From positions 9,125 through 73,124 of the forward strand of contig JAKAPM010000002.1 in assembly GCA_021807085.1 (NCBI GenBank): 64,000 nt of DNA, read 5' to 3'. The DNA is from Nanobdellota archaeon (GTDB lineage Archaea; Nanobdellota; Nanobdellia; Parvarchaeales; Parvarchaeaceae). Of the stretch, positions 1 to 10,705 are shown piece after piece; the stretch's first letter is position 1, and every line of letters starts with the position of its first letter. The position numbers and the translations under genes were made by a program. Below the pieces are notes generated by a model. The model saw nothing but the letters and a program-made list of their open reading frames with translations. It ran no database searches and was not told the DNA's origin.

Positions 1-2674
1 TCTCCAGGGATTCTCCCTCCTCCAGGACCAGGCTTGGTACGTTGTGCTTTCCATATTCTTCGTTGATGGCGTCGAGTCTGGCCCCGAGCTCTGCCTCCTT
101 TATCTTGAGCGAATTGAATTCCTTCGCCAGTTCGCTCTCCCTGCCCTTGAACTTATCCCTTTCTTTCTCGAGCGAGGATATCTCTTTGGACATCTCCTCC
201 CGCGTCTTCCTGAGTTTGGTTAGGGACTCAGATCTGCTGGCTAACTCCTGCTTCGACTTCTCGAGTCTGGTGGCGACGTCCGTTATGCTCTCGTTTATTT
301 CGCTGATTTCCCTCGCGAACCTAGAGTTCTCTTTTTCCAGGTCCAGACTCCTGCGCGTTATATTATTTAGTTCCGTCTTGAAAACGTTCTCTATCCTGTT
401 CATGGCGGTATTGATGGACACCCTCATCTCGCTGGCTTCCCTGTCGAGCTGTTCTATCTCTTTCCTGTAGTCTGTGAGGTCGGGGCGGATCGAATCCAGC
501 TTCTCGAGCTTATCAGACAGTTCGCCCCTCTCGGCTTCCAGTTTCACTATGGCTTCGGATATCTCCGATTCCGAACCGCCGAATCTTACCCTCTCCCTGC
601 TGGCGGCGCTTATCTTGTTTGCAAGTTCGGCGGATTCCTTCTCCAGCGTCTTTAGCTGCGCCATCATGTAGGCTAGAGAGGATTCCTTTTCGACCAGTTC
701 CGATTCGTAGTTCTCCTTGTTCTTGGTGTGCTCTTCTATGCTCTGGTTCAGTTCGTTTATCTTCTTTGATATTGCGGCTATATTGCTGGCTTCGTAGTGC
801 CCACCGGATATCACCCCGGTTTTCTCCATTATCACGCCGTCGGCTGTCACCATCCTGTACTTACCTATCGAACCTTTCGCCTGTTCGAACCCACTGACGA
901 GAAGGGTGTCGCCGAACACGAACTGCATAGCTTTTTCGAACTTAGGGTCGAAGGACACGAGGTTTATGGTGTAGTCCACTGCGAAATCCAGCTGGGGTTT
1001 CTCCCCGGTACGCACGCCGTATATCTTGTTCAGGGGGATGAAGTTGAGCGAACCGAGTTTTTGGGATTTCAGCCTGTCTATGCAGGCTTTTGCCGTATCG
1101 TCGCCGTCTACGACGACGAATTCCGACCTCCTGCCGATGGACTTGATTATCGAATCTGAGTACCTTAGGTCGTTGACGGTGAAAAGCTCCGCGACTGTTC
1201 CAAACACACCCTCGATTTCCTTGCGCAGTCTATCGGCCATCTCCATTGCCCTGCTCTGGTTGAGTATGCTGCCCCTCGAAGCCAGCACGTTTTCCCTGAG
1301 CCAGTAGAGTTTGTCTGATTCGCCCTTCAAAGCAGACTTGAGCCTGTCGACCTCTGGTTTTATCTCGGAAAACTTGATGGTGAGTTCTTTCTTTTCCGAA
1401 TCGACCCTGTGCTTGGATTCATTGAGCTCGCTAAGTCCAGCCTGCAGCTCAGCCACCTGCGGATACTTGGCCAACGTTAGTTTGTGCTCGTATATTTGCT
1501 TTTCTATCTCATTTGCCCTCTTCTCGTAGGTTTCCTTGTCCTTGAGGTACTTTTCCGACGACAACGCCGATTCGGTAAGCTTCAGCTTCCTGGAGTTGAC
1601 CCCATCGTACTTCTTCCGCAGCGCCTCTATGTCCATGTTCTCTTTGTCTATTGACCCGGTTATTTCCCCTTTGGACGATAAGACCTCCTTGAGTGAGGAT
1701 TCTATTCTGGCCACTTGGTCCTTGTCGGCCTTGAGTATGGTGTTGAGTCTGGTGAGTTCCGATTCGAGTTCCCTGGAGCTGCTCTCCGCCCTGGATATCT
1801 CCTTCTCGCCTTCGGATTCCGCCTGGGTGTTTATGCGGTCTATCTCACTTCTATCGGACGTTATTTTCGAGTCTATTTCCCCGAGTTCCTCGGCAATTTT
1901 CCTGTTGTCCCCGTCGATGCTCCCTATCTTAGAACGCACGCCGCTGAGTTCGCCTTCCACCGCGTTCTTCCTTATCAGTATCTGCTTTGCAAGAAGGGTT
2001 TCCTGCCTCTCTTTTAGCTCCTTGAACTCTATCGCCTTCTTTCGCTCTTTCTCGAGCTGCTCCATCAGCTTCTTCTTCTCGTTAAGTATCGTCTCTATTT
2101 TTGATATGTTACCTTCGACCTTCCTCATCTCGGTCATCGCTTTGGATTTCTTGTCCTCGAAAATGCTTATGCCGGATATGTCGTTTATTATTCGCAGCCG
2201 GTCTTCTGAGCTGTAGCCTATGACCTCGAGTATCTTGCCCTGCGGCACTATGTTGAAGCTGTCCTGCCTCACTTTCACTAGTGACAGGACGTTCACTATC
2301 TCTTCCCTAGTAGACGCCTTTCCGTTGACTCTGTAAACGCTCTTGCCGTTCTTGTCAACCTTCCTGCTGAGGGATATTTCCCTGTCATCGAAGCCGGGAA
2401 ACGACTTGTCTGAGTTGTCCATCAGCACGGTGACCTTGGCGTAATCTGAGGCCCTGCCGTTCTTCCCGCCGTTGAATATCAGGTCAGTCAGAAGCTCGCT
2501 CCTCATCTCCCTCTTCGACGTGCCGCCCAGCACGAACATCATCGCGTCTATTATGTTGCTCTTCCCGGAGCCGTTGGCACCTGCTATCGCATTGAAGCCC
2601 CTGGTAAAATCGAATTTTATGTGACCTGCAAAGGATTTGAAATTCTCCAGTTCTATCTGCTTTACGTAGGTCAT
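1..2674 (-). CDS. smc: Chromosome segregation protein SMC (3' end runs off the left edge)
   Basis: Manual translation from ATG 2674 gives MTYVKQIELENFKSFAG, Walker A GANGSGKSN and VPQG Q-loop, then long coiled coil and hinge. Absent from the ORF track because the stop is outside the window. Confidence 0.95.
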   Translation of the reverse strand, partial: MTYVKQIELENFKSFAGHIKFDFTRGFNAIAGANGSGKSNIIDAMMFVLGGTSKREMRSELLTDLIFNGGKNGRASDYAKVTVLMDNSDKSFPGFDDREISLSRKVDKNGKSVYRVNGKASTREEIVNVLSLVKVRQDSFNIVPQGKILEVIGYSSEDRLRIINDISGISIFEDKKSKAMTEMRKVEGNISKIETILNEKKKLMEQLEKERKKAIEFKELKERQETLLAKQILIRKNAVEGELSGVRSKIGSIDGDNRKIAEELGEIDSKITSDRSEIDRINTQAESEGEKEISRAESSSRELESELTRLNTILKADKDQVARIESSLKEVLSSKGEITGSIDKENMDIEALRKKYDGVNSRKLKLTESALSSEKYLKDKETYEKRANEIEKQIYEHKLTLAKYPQVAELQAGLSELNESKHRVDSEKKELTIKFSEIKPEVDRLKSALKGESDKLYWLRENVLASRGSILNQSRAMEMADRLRKEIEGVFGTVAELFTVNDLRYSDSIIKSIGRRSEFVVVDGDDTAKACIDRLKSQKLGSLNFIPLNKIYGVRTGEKPQLDFAVDYTINLVSFDPKFEKAMQFVFGDTLLVSGFEQAKGSIGKYRMVTADGVIMEKTGVISGGHYEASNIAAISKKINELNQSIEEHTKNKENYESELVEKESSLAYMMAQLKTLEKESAELANKISAASRERVRFGGSESEISEAIVKLEAERGELSDKLEKLDSIRPDLTDYRKEIEQLDREASEMRVSINTAMNRIENVFKTELNNITRRSLDLEKENSRFAREISEINESITDVATRLEKSKQELASRSESLTKLRKTREEMSKEISSLEKERDKFKGRESELAKEFNSLKIKEAELGARLDAINEEYGKHNVPSLVLEEGESLE

Positions 2675-2723
2675 AGTGTCTGAATACAATTTTTAATATA
2701 AAATACTAACTAAGTCCGCAGAC

Positions 2724-3872
2724 TTATAAGTCTTTGAACTTTGACGGGTCGAACGTGTACTTACTGACGTCCTTCTCCACAACCTTGCGCCTGCGGCGCA
2801 TTTCTGCAAGCCTTTCGTTTATCTTCCTGGCCGACAGTTCCTTCATCTCTCCGCTCAGCATCCTGCCGCTCTTGTAATCGTCGTATACCTGTCTAATCTT
2901 CGCAGGGTCATCTTCAAACATCGCGTATGCGTTGAATGCGAAATCCACGTCTGGATTCGCGCCGTATTTCCGCTGTTCGGCTACTGTGTCCTTACCCCCA
3001 GAAAAAGCGTACTTCATCATCTTCCTCTTAACCGAATCTTCATCATCGTCCAGGAATATCGCACTTCCTTTGATCGAAGAGGACATCTTGCCGTTCTGTC
3101 CCTGCAGGCTGGGCAGGAACTTGGAGATTATTGCTGATGGTTTGTAATAACCGAGTTTCGGCAGGACGTCCCTGGACACCCTGAAGTAGGGGTCTTGGTC
3201 TATGGCGTAAGGTATCAGGCACCTGATATTCTTCCCGGTGATGGCGGACAGTATGAAGGCGGGTACTATCTGCATCGAGGGGAAAAAGACTTTCCCTATA
3301 TTGTCGCTGTCGACCACGCCGAAAACGGCCTTTATTGTAGATATAGTAGTGTGCTTGGCGACGTCTGTTGCGTAGTAATACAGGGTCTTGGCGTTGTCAT
3401 AGTCCTTTATTATGTGCGTCTTTTTGGGGTCGAAACCGAGGGACAGAACGTCAAGGACGTTTTCGTTCGCCACCGTCTCCACTTCCTTCTTGGACCTGTC
3501 TGACTTTATTAAATATTTCTCATCGTCGGTGAACTGTACCAGCAGGTGCACCCCGAACACATCCTGCAGCCACTTTGTGAAGATGAATGGAAGAAGGTGG
3601 CCTATGTGCATCTTGCCAGACGGCCCCCTCCCAGTGTACAGGTAGAACGGTCTGCCGGCATCGTAATCGTCGAGTATTAGGTTAAGGTCCCTGTGTGCGA
3701 AGAACAGCCCGGTCGCCAGGAAAGGATGCAACTCGCCTCCCGCTACCTTACCGAGCCTTTCCATCAGCTCCTTGCTTATGATGTCAACGCCAAACTTCTC
3801 GATCAGGTGTCTGTAAGCGGCATCGTCTAGTTTTCCAGATACTTCCCAAGGCGTCATCTTTAGGCTATCCAT
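2724..3872 (-). CDS. trpS: Tryptophanyl-tRNA synthetase
   Basis: YTGRGPSGKMHIGH (HIGH), DQDPYFR and KMSSS motifs. Confidence 0.96.
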   Translation of the reverse strand: MDSLKMTPWEVSGKLDDAAYRHLIEKFGVDIISKELMERLGKVAGGELHPFLATGLFFAHRDLNLILDDYDAGRPFYLYTGRGPSGKMHIGHLLPFIFTKWLQDVFGVHLLVQFTDDEKYLIKSDRSKKEVETVANENVLDVLSLGFDPKKTHIIKDYDNAKTLYYYATDVAKHTTISTIKAVFGVVDSDNIGKVFFPSMQIVPAFILSAITGKNIRCLIPYAIDQDPYFRVSRDVLPKLGYYKPSAIISKFLPSLQGQNGKMSSSIKGSAIFLDDDEDSVKRKMMKYAFSGGKDTVAEQRKYGANPDVDFAFNAYAMFEDDPAKIRQVYDDYKSGRMLSGEMKELSARKINERLAEMRRRRKVVEKDVSKYTFDPSKFKDL

Positions 3873-3927
3873 ATCAGACTATGCTTCCGGTTGTATTTAT
3901 CCTTGTCAGAACACACAGCGGTCAAAA

Positions 3928-4662
3928 TCAGGAAATTATGCCGGCCAGCTCGCTAATGTTGTGTATCACGAAGTCCGGTCTATATTTTCCGATCTCCTTG
4001 GATTTTGAATAGCCGTCGAAGAGCACAGTCATCATACCAGCCTCCTTTGCGTTCTGGATGTCGAGATCCGCTCTGTCGCCAACCATCACCAACTCGCCGG
4101 GTTCCAGGCCGACTGCCTTCGCGGTTTCGAGAAATGCCTTGGGGCCGTCCGCCAGTTTCCCGAATGGTATGGTCTCACCAGCTATCACTATAGCGTCGAA
4201 ATCCGCCGAAAACGGGAGGGAACGTATCCTTTTCGCCTTCATGCCGGCAATCGAGTCTTTCTCGCTCAGCAGGGCGAGCTTTTTTCCCATAGACTTGAAC
4301 AGCTTGACGATGGATTCCGTGTCGGCGGAGAACTTGGGGTTGTTAAGCATGTAGGAGTAGAAGAAATCCTTGTAAGCCCTTAGTTCTCCCGGTGGCAGGT
4401 TTATAGACAGCCTTTCCACTACAACCCCTATCCACTCACCGTGATCGTAAGATTTCTTCGCCACGTTAGAATCCGCTACGTTCTCATCCTGCACGCGCCT
4501 GGATTCTTCGAACAGTCTGTCCTTTCCGACACCGAACTTGTTGGATATATCCGAGAAGATTATGTCGTACACCTCGTTTATGATGCCGTTGGTATCCACT
4601 AGCGTGTTGTCGAAATCGAATATTATGCCTTTGGGGTTTATCTTCCCCGTTTTCGAGAACAT
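3928..4662 (-). CDS. HAD-superfamily hydrolase
   Basis: IIFDFDNTL motif I and VGDRADLDI motif IV. Confidence 0.9.
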   Translation of the reverse strand: MFSKTGKINPKGIIFDFDNTLVDTNGIINEVYDIIFSDISNKFGVGKDRLFEESRRVQDENVADSNVAKKSYDHGEWIGVVVERLSINLPPGELRAYKDFFYSYMLNNPKFSADTESIVKLFKSMGKKLALLSEKDSIAGMKAKRIRSLPFSADFDAIVIAGETIPFGKLADGPKAFLETAKAVGLEPGELVMVGDRADLDIQNAKEAGMMTVLFDGYSKSKEIGKYRPDFVIHNISELAGIIS

Positions 4663-4713
4663 GGATAGTATTAGATTGGAACTGGCTTTTAAGCTTTGTT
4701 TTACAGGAGATTC

Positions 4714-4896
4714 TCAATGCTTCCTTATGCCGTTGACGTTCTTGCTGAGCCACGCGTATTGCCGCACCTTGGCTGTCTTTCCATAGCCGCAGTGGGAACA
4801 GTATCCTTTTCTCTTGAGGTAGGACTCCTTTCCGCATCTCCTGCACGTTACATGGGGCTGTTTTCTGTTGTGCAGACCCATCGAGGCTGTGCTCAT
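4714..4896 (-). CDS. rpl37e: 50S ribosomal protein L37e
   Basis: H-x-x-CRRCG...CSHCGYG zinc finger; conserved linkage to the Sm gene. Confidence 0.95.
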   Translation of the reverse strand: MSTASMGLHNRKQPHVTCRRCGKESYLKRKGYCSHCGYGKTAKVRQYAWLSKNVNGIRKH

Positions 4897-5138
4897 ACTG
4901 TAGGAGACACTAGTATTATAGTATCGCCCCTCACAAAGACGTTTCCGAGTTTTCTCATGGTATCGTTATCCTTTTTCTCCTCGGCGTTCTCCAGCGTCAC
5001 GTTTATGTGCACATCAAAGGCGACGAGTTTACCGGTTATCGAATGGCCATTCTTCAACTCTATCAGCACCATCTTTCCTTTTGCTGAATTCAGCAGGTCG
5101 AGGGGTCTCGCGAGGCTGTTTCCACCGTTTTCAGACAT
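4893..5138 (-). CDS. Sm-like (LSm) archaeal protein
   Basis: RPLDLL...GKLVAFDVHINVTL...VFVRGDTI Sm1/Sm2 motifs. Confidence 0.95.
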   Translation of the reverse strand: MSENGGNSLARPLDLLNSAKGKMVLIELKNGHSITGKLVAFDVHINVTLENAEEKKDNDTMRKLGNVFVRGDTIILVSPTV

Positions 5139-5140
5139 AA

Positions 5141-6784
5141 CTATTCGCCGTATCCGCCCATTCCGCCCATGCCACCCGGAGGCTGCGACTGGTTGGCCGA
5201 TTTGCCTGCGGCTATTATGTCGTCAATCCTGAGTATCATTGAAGCGACCTCGCTTGCGCTCTTTATAGCCTGTTTCTTCGTCCTCAGCGGTTCTATCACG
5301 CCTTCTTTGTGCATATCGGATACTTTGGGTTTGTATACATCGAGGAGGTTGACTCCGCTCCACGTGTGGCCTTTCTGGTGTTCCGCCCTGAGCTCAACGA
5401 TTATGTCTATTGGATCGAGACCCGCGTTCTCTGCGAGGGTCTTCGGTACGACTTCCAGCGCGTCCGCGAACGCGTTTACTGCCAGCTGCTCCCTGCCTTC
5501 GAGGTTCGTGGCAAAATCCTTCAGGTGCTTTGAGACTTCCAATTCGGTAGACCCGCCGCCGGCGACTATGGCACCGTTGTCCTCTATCACGGACCTCAAG
5601 TCTCCGAGGCTGTCATCTATCGCCCTCTGCACCTCGTCTACGACATGCTCCGTTCCGCCCCTGATGAGTATAGTGACAGCCTTCGGGTTCTTGCATTCCT
5701 CTATGAGCGCAAGGTTCTCCCCCGCAAGCTTTTCCACATGCACCTTTCCAGCGTATCCAAGGTTTCCGTCTTCGACGTCACCGAGAGTGGACACGATTTT
5801 CGCGCCTGTCGCCTTACCTATCTTCTTCATGTCGTTCTCGGACACTCTTCTTAACGCCAGTATCCCTGCCTTTGCAAGGAAGTGCTGCGCCGCGTCGTCT
5901 ATGCCCTTCTGCACTATGACCACGTTCGCCTTCGTCTCCTTTATCTTATCGACCATGTCCTTAAGCATTTTTTCCTCCTCGTTTAGGAACGCCTGGAGCT
6001 GTTCCGGTTTTTCTATCCTTATCTGTGCGTCGATGTTCGTCTTTTCTATCTCGAGCGCAAGGTTCAGGAGGAGTATCTTAGCGTTGTCGACAGAATCCGG
6101 CATGTCGGGGTGGACTTTCTCCTTGTCTATTATCACACCTTTAACCAGTCTCGAATCGGAGAGACCGCCGCCTACTTTCTTCTCGACCTTTATGTTGTCT
6201 ATGTCCACAGTCCCCTCGCCGTCAGAGACCTCGCTGACGTGCTGTATCGCGTCCACTATCAGTGAAATTATGTGCTTGTCAGAACCGGTGCTCTTTCCTA
6301 TTATCGCGGTCTTTACTATCTTCGACAGCTCTTCCTTGTCCTTAATGTTCAGCTTGAGCTTTATCTTGTCGAGAACTTCCTGCGCCCTGTCTGCCGCCAG
6401 TTTGTATCCTCTGGTTATCAACGTAGGGTGTATACTCTGGTCAAGGAGCGTCTCTGCGTTCTTAAGGAGCTCTCCGGCGATTATCACCGCTGTGGTGGTC
6501 CCATCACCCACTTCCTCTTCCTGGGTCTTTGCTACTTCTACTATCATCTTAGCGGCGGGATTCTCGACCTCCATGTTCTTGAGGACCGTTACTCCGTCGT
6601 TGGTTATCGTAATGTCGCCTATATTGTCCACTAGCATCTTGTCCATGCCGCGCGGGCCAAGTGTGGATTTTACCGTGTTTGCAACAGCCTTAGCTGCAGC
6701 TATGTTGTTCCTCTGCGCGTCCTTTCCGCTGGTACGGGTGTAACCCTCGGGAAGGATAAAAATCGGTTGAACCGCTTCTGCCAT
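5141..6784 (-). CDS. ths: Thermosome (group II chaperonin) subunit
   Basis: TLGPRGMDKM, GDGTTT and GGM tail; GGAGGT Shine-Dalgarno upstream. Confidence 0.97.
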   Translation of the reverse strand: MAEAVQPIFILPEGYTRTSGKDAQRNNIAAAKAVANTVKSTLGPRGMDKMLVDNIGDITITNDGVTVLKNMEVENPAAKMIVEVAKTQEEEVGDGTTTAVIIAGELLKNAETLLDQSIHPTLITRGYKLAADRAQEVLDKIKLKLNIKDKEELSKIVKTAIIGKSTGSDKHIISLIVDAIQHVSEVSDGEGTVDIDNIKVEKKVGGGLSDSRLVKGVIIDKEKVHPDMPDSVDNAKILLLNLALEIEKTNIDAQIRIEKPEQLQAFLNEEEKMLKDMVDKIKETKANVVIVQKGIDDAAQHFLAKAGILALRRVSENDMKKIGKATGAKIVSTLGDVEDGNLGYAGKVHVEKLAGENLALIEECKNPKAVTILIRGGTEHVVDEVQRAIDDSLGDLRSVIEDNGAIVAGGGSTELEVSKHLKDFATNLEGREQLAVNAFADALEVVPKTLAENAGLDPIDIIVELRAEHQKGHTWSGVNLLDVYKPKVSDMHKEGVIEPLRTKKQAIKSASEVASMILRIDDIIAAGKSANQSQPPGGMGGMGGYGE

Positions 6785-6949
6785 ATCTGTACCTCCAATA
6801 CGTATATAGTTTCAGCCATTTAAGGCCATAAATTATATTGAATAATAAAGCGCGACGGCATATTTAAATGTTTTCATACTGGGCTGTGAAGGGGTTTGCT
6901 CGGGAAACTGCAAAACAAAGGTTTAAAGGTCGCGGTGCTGCTTACTTGT

Positions 6950-7933
6950 ATGAATGAAGATCTCCCCTACGGCAGCGAGATACGCACAGACTACCGCACC
7001 GGAGAAATGTGTGTCGTGGTCCCTGGGAGGGAAAACAGGCCCAAAGAGGTGGAGGAAGAGGACACAGCGGCTGGTGATCTGTCCAAGTGCCCGTTCGAAC
7101 CTGATACTGTAGACAGAAAAAACCTCGAAGTGATGCACACTGGCGGCGACCATTGGGATATAATGGTAATAAGGAACAAATTCCCGGAATTATCCGGCAA
7201 CACTCCGCTCATGTCGGGAGAAGGGTTCTTCGCTTACACTTCCGGCTACGGATACAATGAAGTTGTGATAGAAACGCCTAAGCACGGGGAAAAACTAGAA
7301 GACTTCGACGAAGGAAAGATAAAGAAATGGCTGGATGTGCTTACTGAGCGCGAAGAAGGTCTGTACGGGAAGCGTTACATAAAGAGCGTAATGGTTTTCA
7401 AGAACTACGGCGCCGCTGCCGGGGCGAGCATAGCGCACGCGCACACCCAGATAATAGCTTGGCCGGAACTGGTAGGCACGCAGAGGGTTGAGCTAGACCG
7501 GATAAAAAGATTCGAAGCTGAGAACAGGCAGTGCCTGTACGAGAACGCCATATCTAAGGAGGGTGTGCGAACCATGATAGAGGGCAACGGCTTCGTGACA
7601 CTGGCGCCTTTCGCTTCCAGGATGGCGGGGGAATCCATGATAGTTCCGAGAAGACATGTCAACTACATACTAGAACTCACCGAGGACGAGAGGTACGAAC
7701 TGGCTTCAACGATAAAGACAGTTATAAGCACCAACAAGAAGATGTTCGGCCAGCAGCCTTACAACATGGTATTCCACGAGCTGAAATCCGAGAAGGACTT
7801 CCACTTCCATATAGAGATATACCCGAGACTTGCTAAGCTCGCCGGGATAGAGCTCGGACAGGACGTGTTCGTTAACACGATAGTACCTGAAGACTACGCG
7901 ATTAGGTTCAGGGAGAACTTCACGCAGAGTTAA
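6950..7933 (+). CDS. GalT-like nucleotidyltransferase (galactose-1-phosphate uridylyltransferase family), paralog 1
   Basis: CPF, NKFP and GASIAHAHTQ (HxHxQ) motifs; ATG 6950 preferred over TTG 6896. Confidence 0.88.
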   Translation: MNEDLPYGSEIRTDYRTGEMCVVVPGRENRPKEVEEEDTAAGDLSKCPFEPDTVDRKNLEVMHTGGDHWDIMVIRNKFPELSGNTPLMSGEGFFAYTSGYGYNEVVIETPKHGEKLEDFDEGKIKKWLDVLTEREEGLYGKRYIKSVMVFKNYGAAAGASIAHAHTQIIAWPELVGTQRVELDRIKRFEAENRQCLYENAISKEGVRTMIEGNGFVTLAPFASRMAGESMIVPRRHVNYILELTEDERYELASTIKTVISTNKKMFGQQPYNMVFHELKSEKDFHFHIEIYPRLAKLAGIELGQDVFVNTIVPEDYAIRFRENFTQS

Positions 7934-8850
7934 GCCAGCTTCTTCTCTTCTAGGAATTTGCGCGCATCTATCGCAGCCATGCTTCCCCAACCTGCCGCTA
8001 TCACAGCCTGTTTGTAGACCCTGTCCTGCACGTCCCCTGCTGCGAACACGCCTTCCCTGCTGGTCTTTACCGAATCATGGGTTACTACGTAGCCGTTCTC
8101 GTCTATGTCCAGCTGTCCCTTGAAAAGGTCAGTGTTCGGGTAGTGTCCTATCGCTATGAACAGGCCGTCCGTCTTCAGATGCGTCTTCTCGCCGTTTATC
8201 TTGCTAGTAACCTCAACGCCGGTGACGTGGCCGTCTCCAAGCACTCTTGTGACTTCACTGTCGAAGATTACCCTTATCTTCTTGTTTGCGAACACCCGCT
8301 CCTGCATTATCTTGCTTGCCCTGAATTCCTTCCTCCTGTGCACCAAGGTAACGCTTTTGGTCAGGGTAGACAGATACAGGGCATCCTCCATCGCGCTGTC
8401 CCCGCCGCCTACAACGACGACGTCCTTGTTCCTGAAGAAAGGGCCATCACACACGGCACAGCCGGAGACGCCTTTGCCTATAAGCTCCTTCTCTTTTTCC
8501 AGTCCGAGCCATTTTGCCGATGCACCGGTTGCTATTATTATCGAATATGTCTGATACTCCTTGTCTCCTGCCCAGATCCTATAAGGATATGTACCCAGGT
8601 CGACCTTAGTAACGTTTCCGTCGACTACCCTGCAGCCAAGCGCCTTCACCTGCTCGTACATCGAATCCATCAGGTCTGGGCCCAGGATGGACTTGAAAGC
8701 AGGGAAATTCTCCACTTCGCTGGTGAGCATTAGCTGGCCGCCGGCTTCGAAACCCCTTATGAGAATGGGATCCAGTGCGTCCCTTGTGGCGTATATAGCG
8801 GCAGTGTACCCGGCTGGTCCGGACCCTATTATAACCACTTTTTCCGTCAT
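7930..8850 (-). CDS. trxB: Thioredoxin reductase
   Basis: GSGPAG, CAVCDG and GGGDSA motifs. Confidence 0.96.
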   Translation of the reverse strand: MTEKVVIIGSGPAGYTAAIYATRDALDPILIRGFEAGGQLMLTSEVENFPAFKSILGPDLMDSMYEQVKALGCRVVDGNVTKVDLGTYPYRIWAGDKEYQTYSIIIATGASAKWLGLEKEKELIGKGVSGCAVCDGPFFRNKDVVVVGGGDSAMEDALYLSTLTKSVTLVHRRKEFRASKIMQERVFANKKIRVIFDSEVTRVLGDGHVTGVEVTSKINGEKTHLKTDGLFIAIGHYPNTDLFKGQLDIDENGYVVTHDSVKTSREGVFAAGDVQDRVYKQAVIAAGWGSMAAIDARKFLEEKKLA

Positions 8851-8956
8851 TACCTGTAACTGTCAATCACCAAATAAATACTTGAGATAACTTTGCGTTG
8901 TCAACCCCTACCGCGAATAGCACTAACTTAAATATAAAAACGACTCAGATATTCTT

Positions 8957-10702
8957 ATGAATACCGGCGAGATAAAAAAGGTCGTTGACAGCTTCGATTC
9001 GCAGAAGACCGGCGCCAAAGAAGTAAACGAGTGGATAAAAGAGCTCAGAGCGAGAGCATCTGGCACGGAAACGCACTACAGGGGAGAGATAGACTTCAGG
9101 TTTGCCAATGAGATGAAACTTCCAGATCCGGGATTCATAGGCAATCCCGACGGCTACTCAGTCACGATGGACATAAGGAAGCGGCACCAGTTCCAAACTG
9201 AATACATGTCAATGAACCAGATGCTGGCTTCTCTTGGGTACTCTAGACTAGCAACCAATGAGAGCATAGACCCGTCGGCTGTCTCAAACCTAATGACTAT
9301 ATTCCTGGACAAGAAGAAGGCCCTCGAAGACAGGGTGATGCAGCTCCTCGGGAACATAAACACCGTGCTCAAATCCGTGATCGCGATAACTTACGAACTC
9401 AAGGAACTAGACAGGAACCTGTCGTTCTACAAGCTCTCAAAAGCTGGTGAGAAGGAGAAAGCAGAGGCGGCAGAGCTGGCGTTAAAGAGAATATTTCTGG
9501 ACAACGTGGACGCAAGGAAAGGCGGAGCCAGCCTATCGTCGCTGTCGAGGTCGTCGACCCAGGCACAGGGCGGAGGACCTGGTTTCATAGATATAGTGGC
9601 GGCGTTCTACCAGGTGAAGAGCCTTAAGGCGATATCGGATCTACAGAGGAACGAACAGTACAAGAACATACTCAAGAACAGGTACATAGAATATGAGGAC
9701 TGGAAGAAAATAAACGGGGAAGACTTGAAGAACAGGAAGAATATGCTCTTACAGTACCTGAAAAGCCAGGTGAGTTCGTTTAACATGTACACCGAATGGG
9801 CAGCCCAGTACATGACGATAATGAACCGCATAAGGATAGAGAGGATAAAGGGGGGAAAAGAACTGGTGAGCTCGAACGCGCCTGCCGACATATTCGAGAC
9901 GGCGATGTTCAAGATAAACATGATCGGGTACAAACAGATGTATCTCAGGGAATACGACATCGAGCACAAGAAGCTTTTCGGGGAGAGAGGCCCTGAGATT
10001 GTGAAAGACGCCGCGCTCAAAACCATAGGCCCAAGGGGTACGCTCATGACCCGGGGACACAAGGAAGACAACAGGTCTTTCATATACAAGCACATCAAAA
10101 AATACGGACCGGTAGTGGTAACGGCAGTGGATACATCGTTCGGCTTCAGGGAAAAACAGGCGTTCCTGCCGGAATTACCGCAGCCTCCTAACGCGCAGTA
10201 CGAAGGGACTTTCTTCCTTACAATCACCCCGCTGTGCTTCACGCTGGACGAGTGGTTCGTATACAAGAAGGCGCTCGAGGCATATTCGAACAAGACGGTG
10301 TTCGCAGGAGTGGACCAGGCGGTATACCATTCGCTCGACATCATAAAAAAGGACCTTGATAAATACATAACGGAGGCAGACGAGGCGGAAAAGGACAAGG
10401 GACCGAAAAAGAAACAGAACGACATGGCACTTAGCGACATATACAGATCCTTCAGGGACGACTTTTTCGGGATATCCAAATCACTATCTCAGCTCGGAGA
10501 ACCTATCAAGAAAGGGGCAGCAGCGCCCTTCAATAAGGAGCTGTACGAGATAGTCATAAACAAAAAGTTCCACAAGACGAACCATAAGGATGCGATAGAG
10601 GCGGGCCTTTTCGTGGCGAACAAGGAAGCCGAAGGCATGTACAACGAATTCAAGAGAAGATCCAAGCTGTTAAACAACCTGTCGCCGTTCACGATATACT
10701 AG
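8957..10702 (+). CDS. Hypothetical 581-aa, largely helical/coiled-coil protein
   Basis: Long ORF with host-like codon usage and an upstream TATA-like element; no motif recognised. Confidence 0.8.
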   Translation: MNTGEIKKVVDSFDSQKTGAKEVNEWIKELRARASGTETHYRGEIDFRFANEMKLPDPGFIGNPDGYSVTMDIRKRHQFQTEYMSMNQMLASLGYSRLATNESIDPSAVSNLMTIFLDKKKALEDRVMQLLGNINTVLKSVIAITYELKELDRNLSFYKLSKAGEKEKAEAAELALKRIFLDNVDARKGGASLSSLSRSSTQAQGGGPGFIDIVAAFYQVKSLKAISDLQRNEQYKNILKNRYIEYEDWKKINGEDLKNRKNMLLQYLKSQVSSFNMYTEWAAQYMTIMNRIRIERIKGGKELVSSNAPADIFETAMFKINMIGYKQMYLREYDIEHKKLFGERGPEIVKDAALKTIGPRGTLMTRGHKEDNRSFIYKHIKKYGPVVVTAVDTSFGFREKQAFLPELPQPPNAQYEGTFFLTITPLCFTLDEWFVYKKALEAYSNKTVFAGVDQAVYHSLDIIKKDLDKYITEADEAEKDKGPKKKQNDMALSDIYRSFRDDFFGISKSLSQLGEPIKKGAAAPFNKELYEIVINKKFHKTNHKDAIEAGLFVANKEAEGMYNEFKRRSKLLNNLSPFTIY

Positions 10703-10705
10703 GGT

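Noticed and set aside
42-2216. Plus-strand Ser/Leu/Phe-rich ORFs
   Set aside because: Antisense shadows of smc on the minus strand
5169-6743. 524-aa plus-strand ORF, and similar long antisense ORFs at 9607-10479, 43360-44379 and 57273-57953
   Set aside because: Mirror frames of real genes caused by codon bias; no motifs
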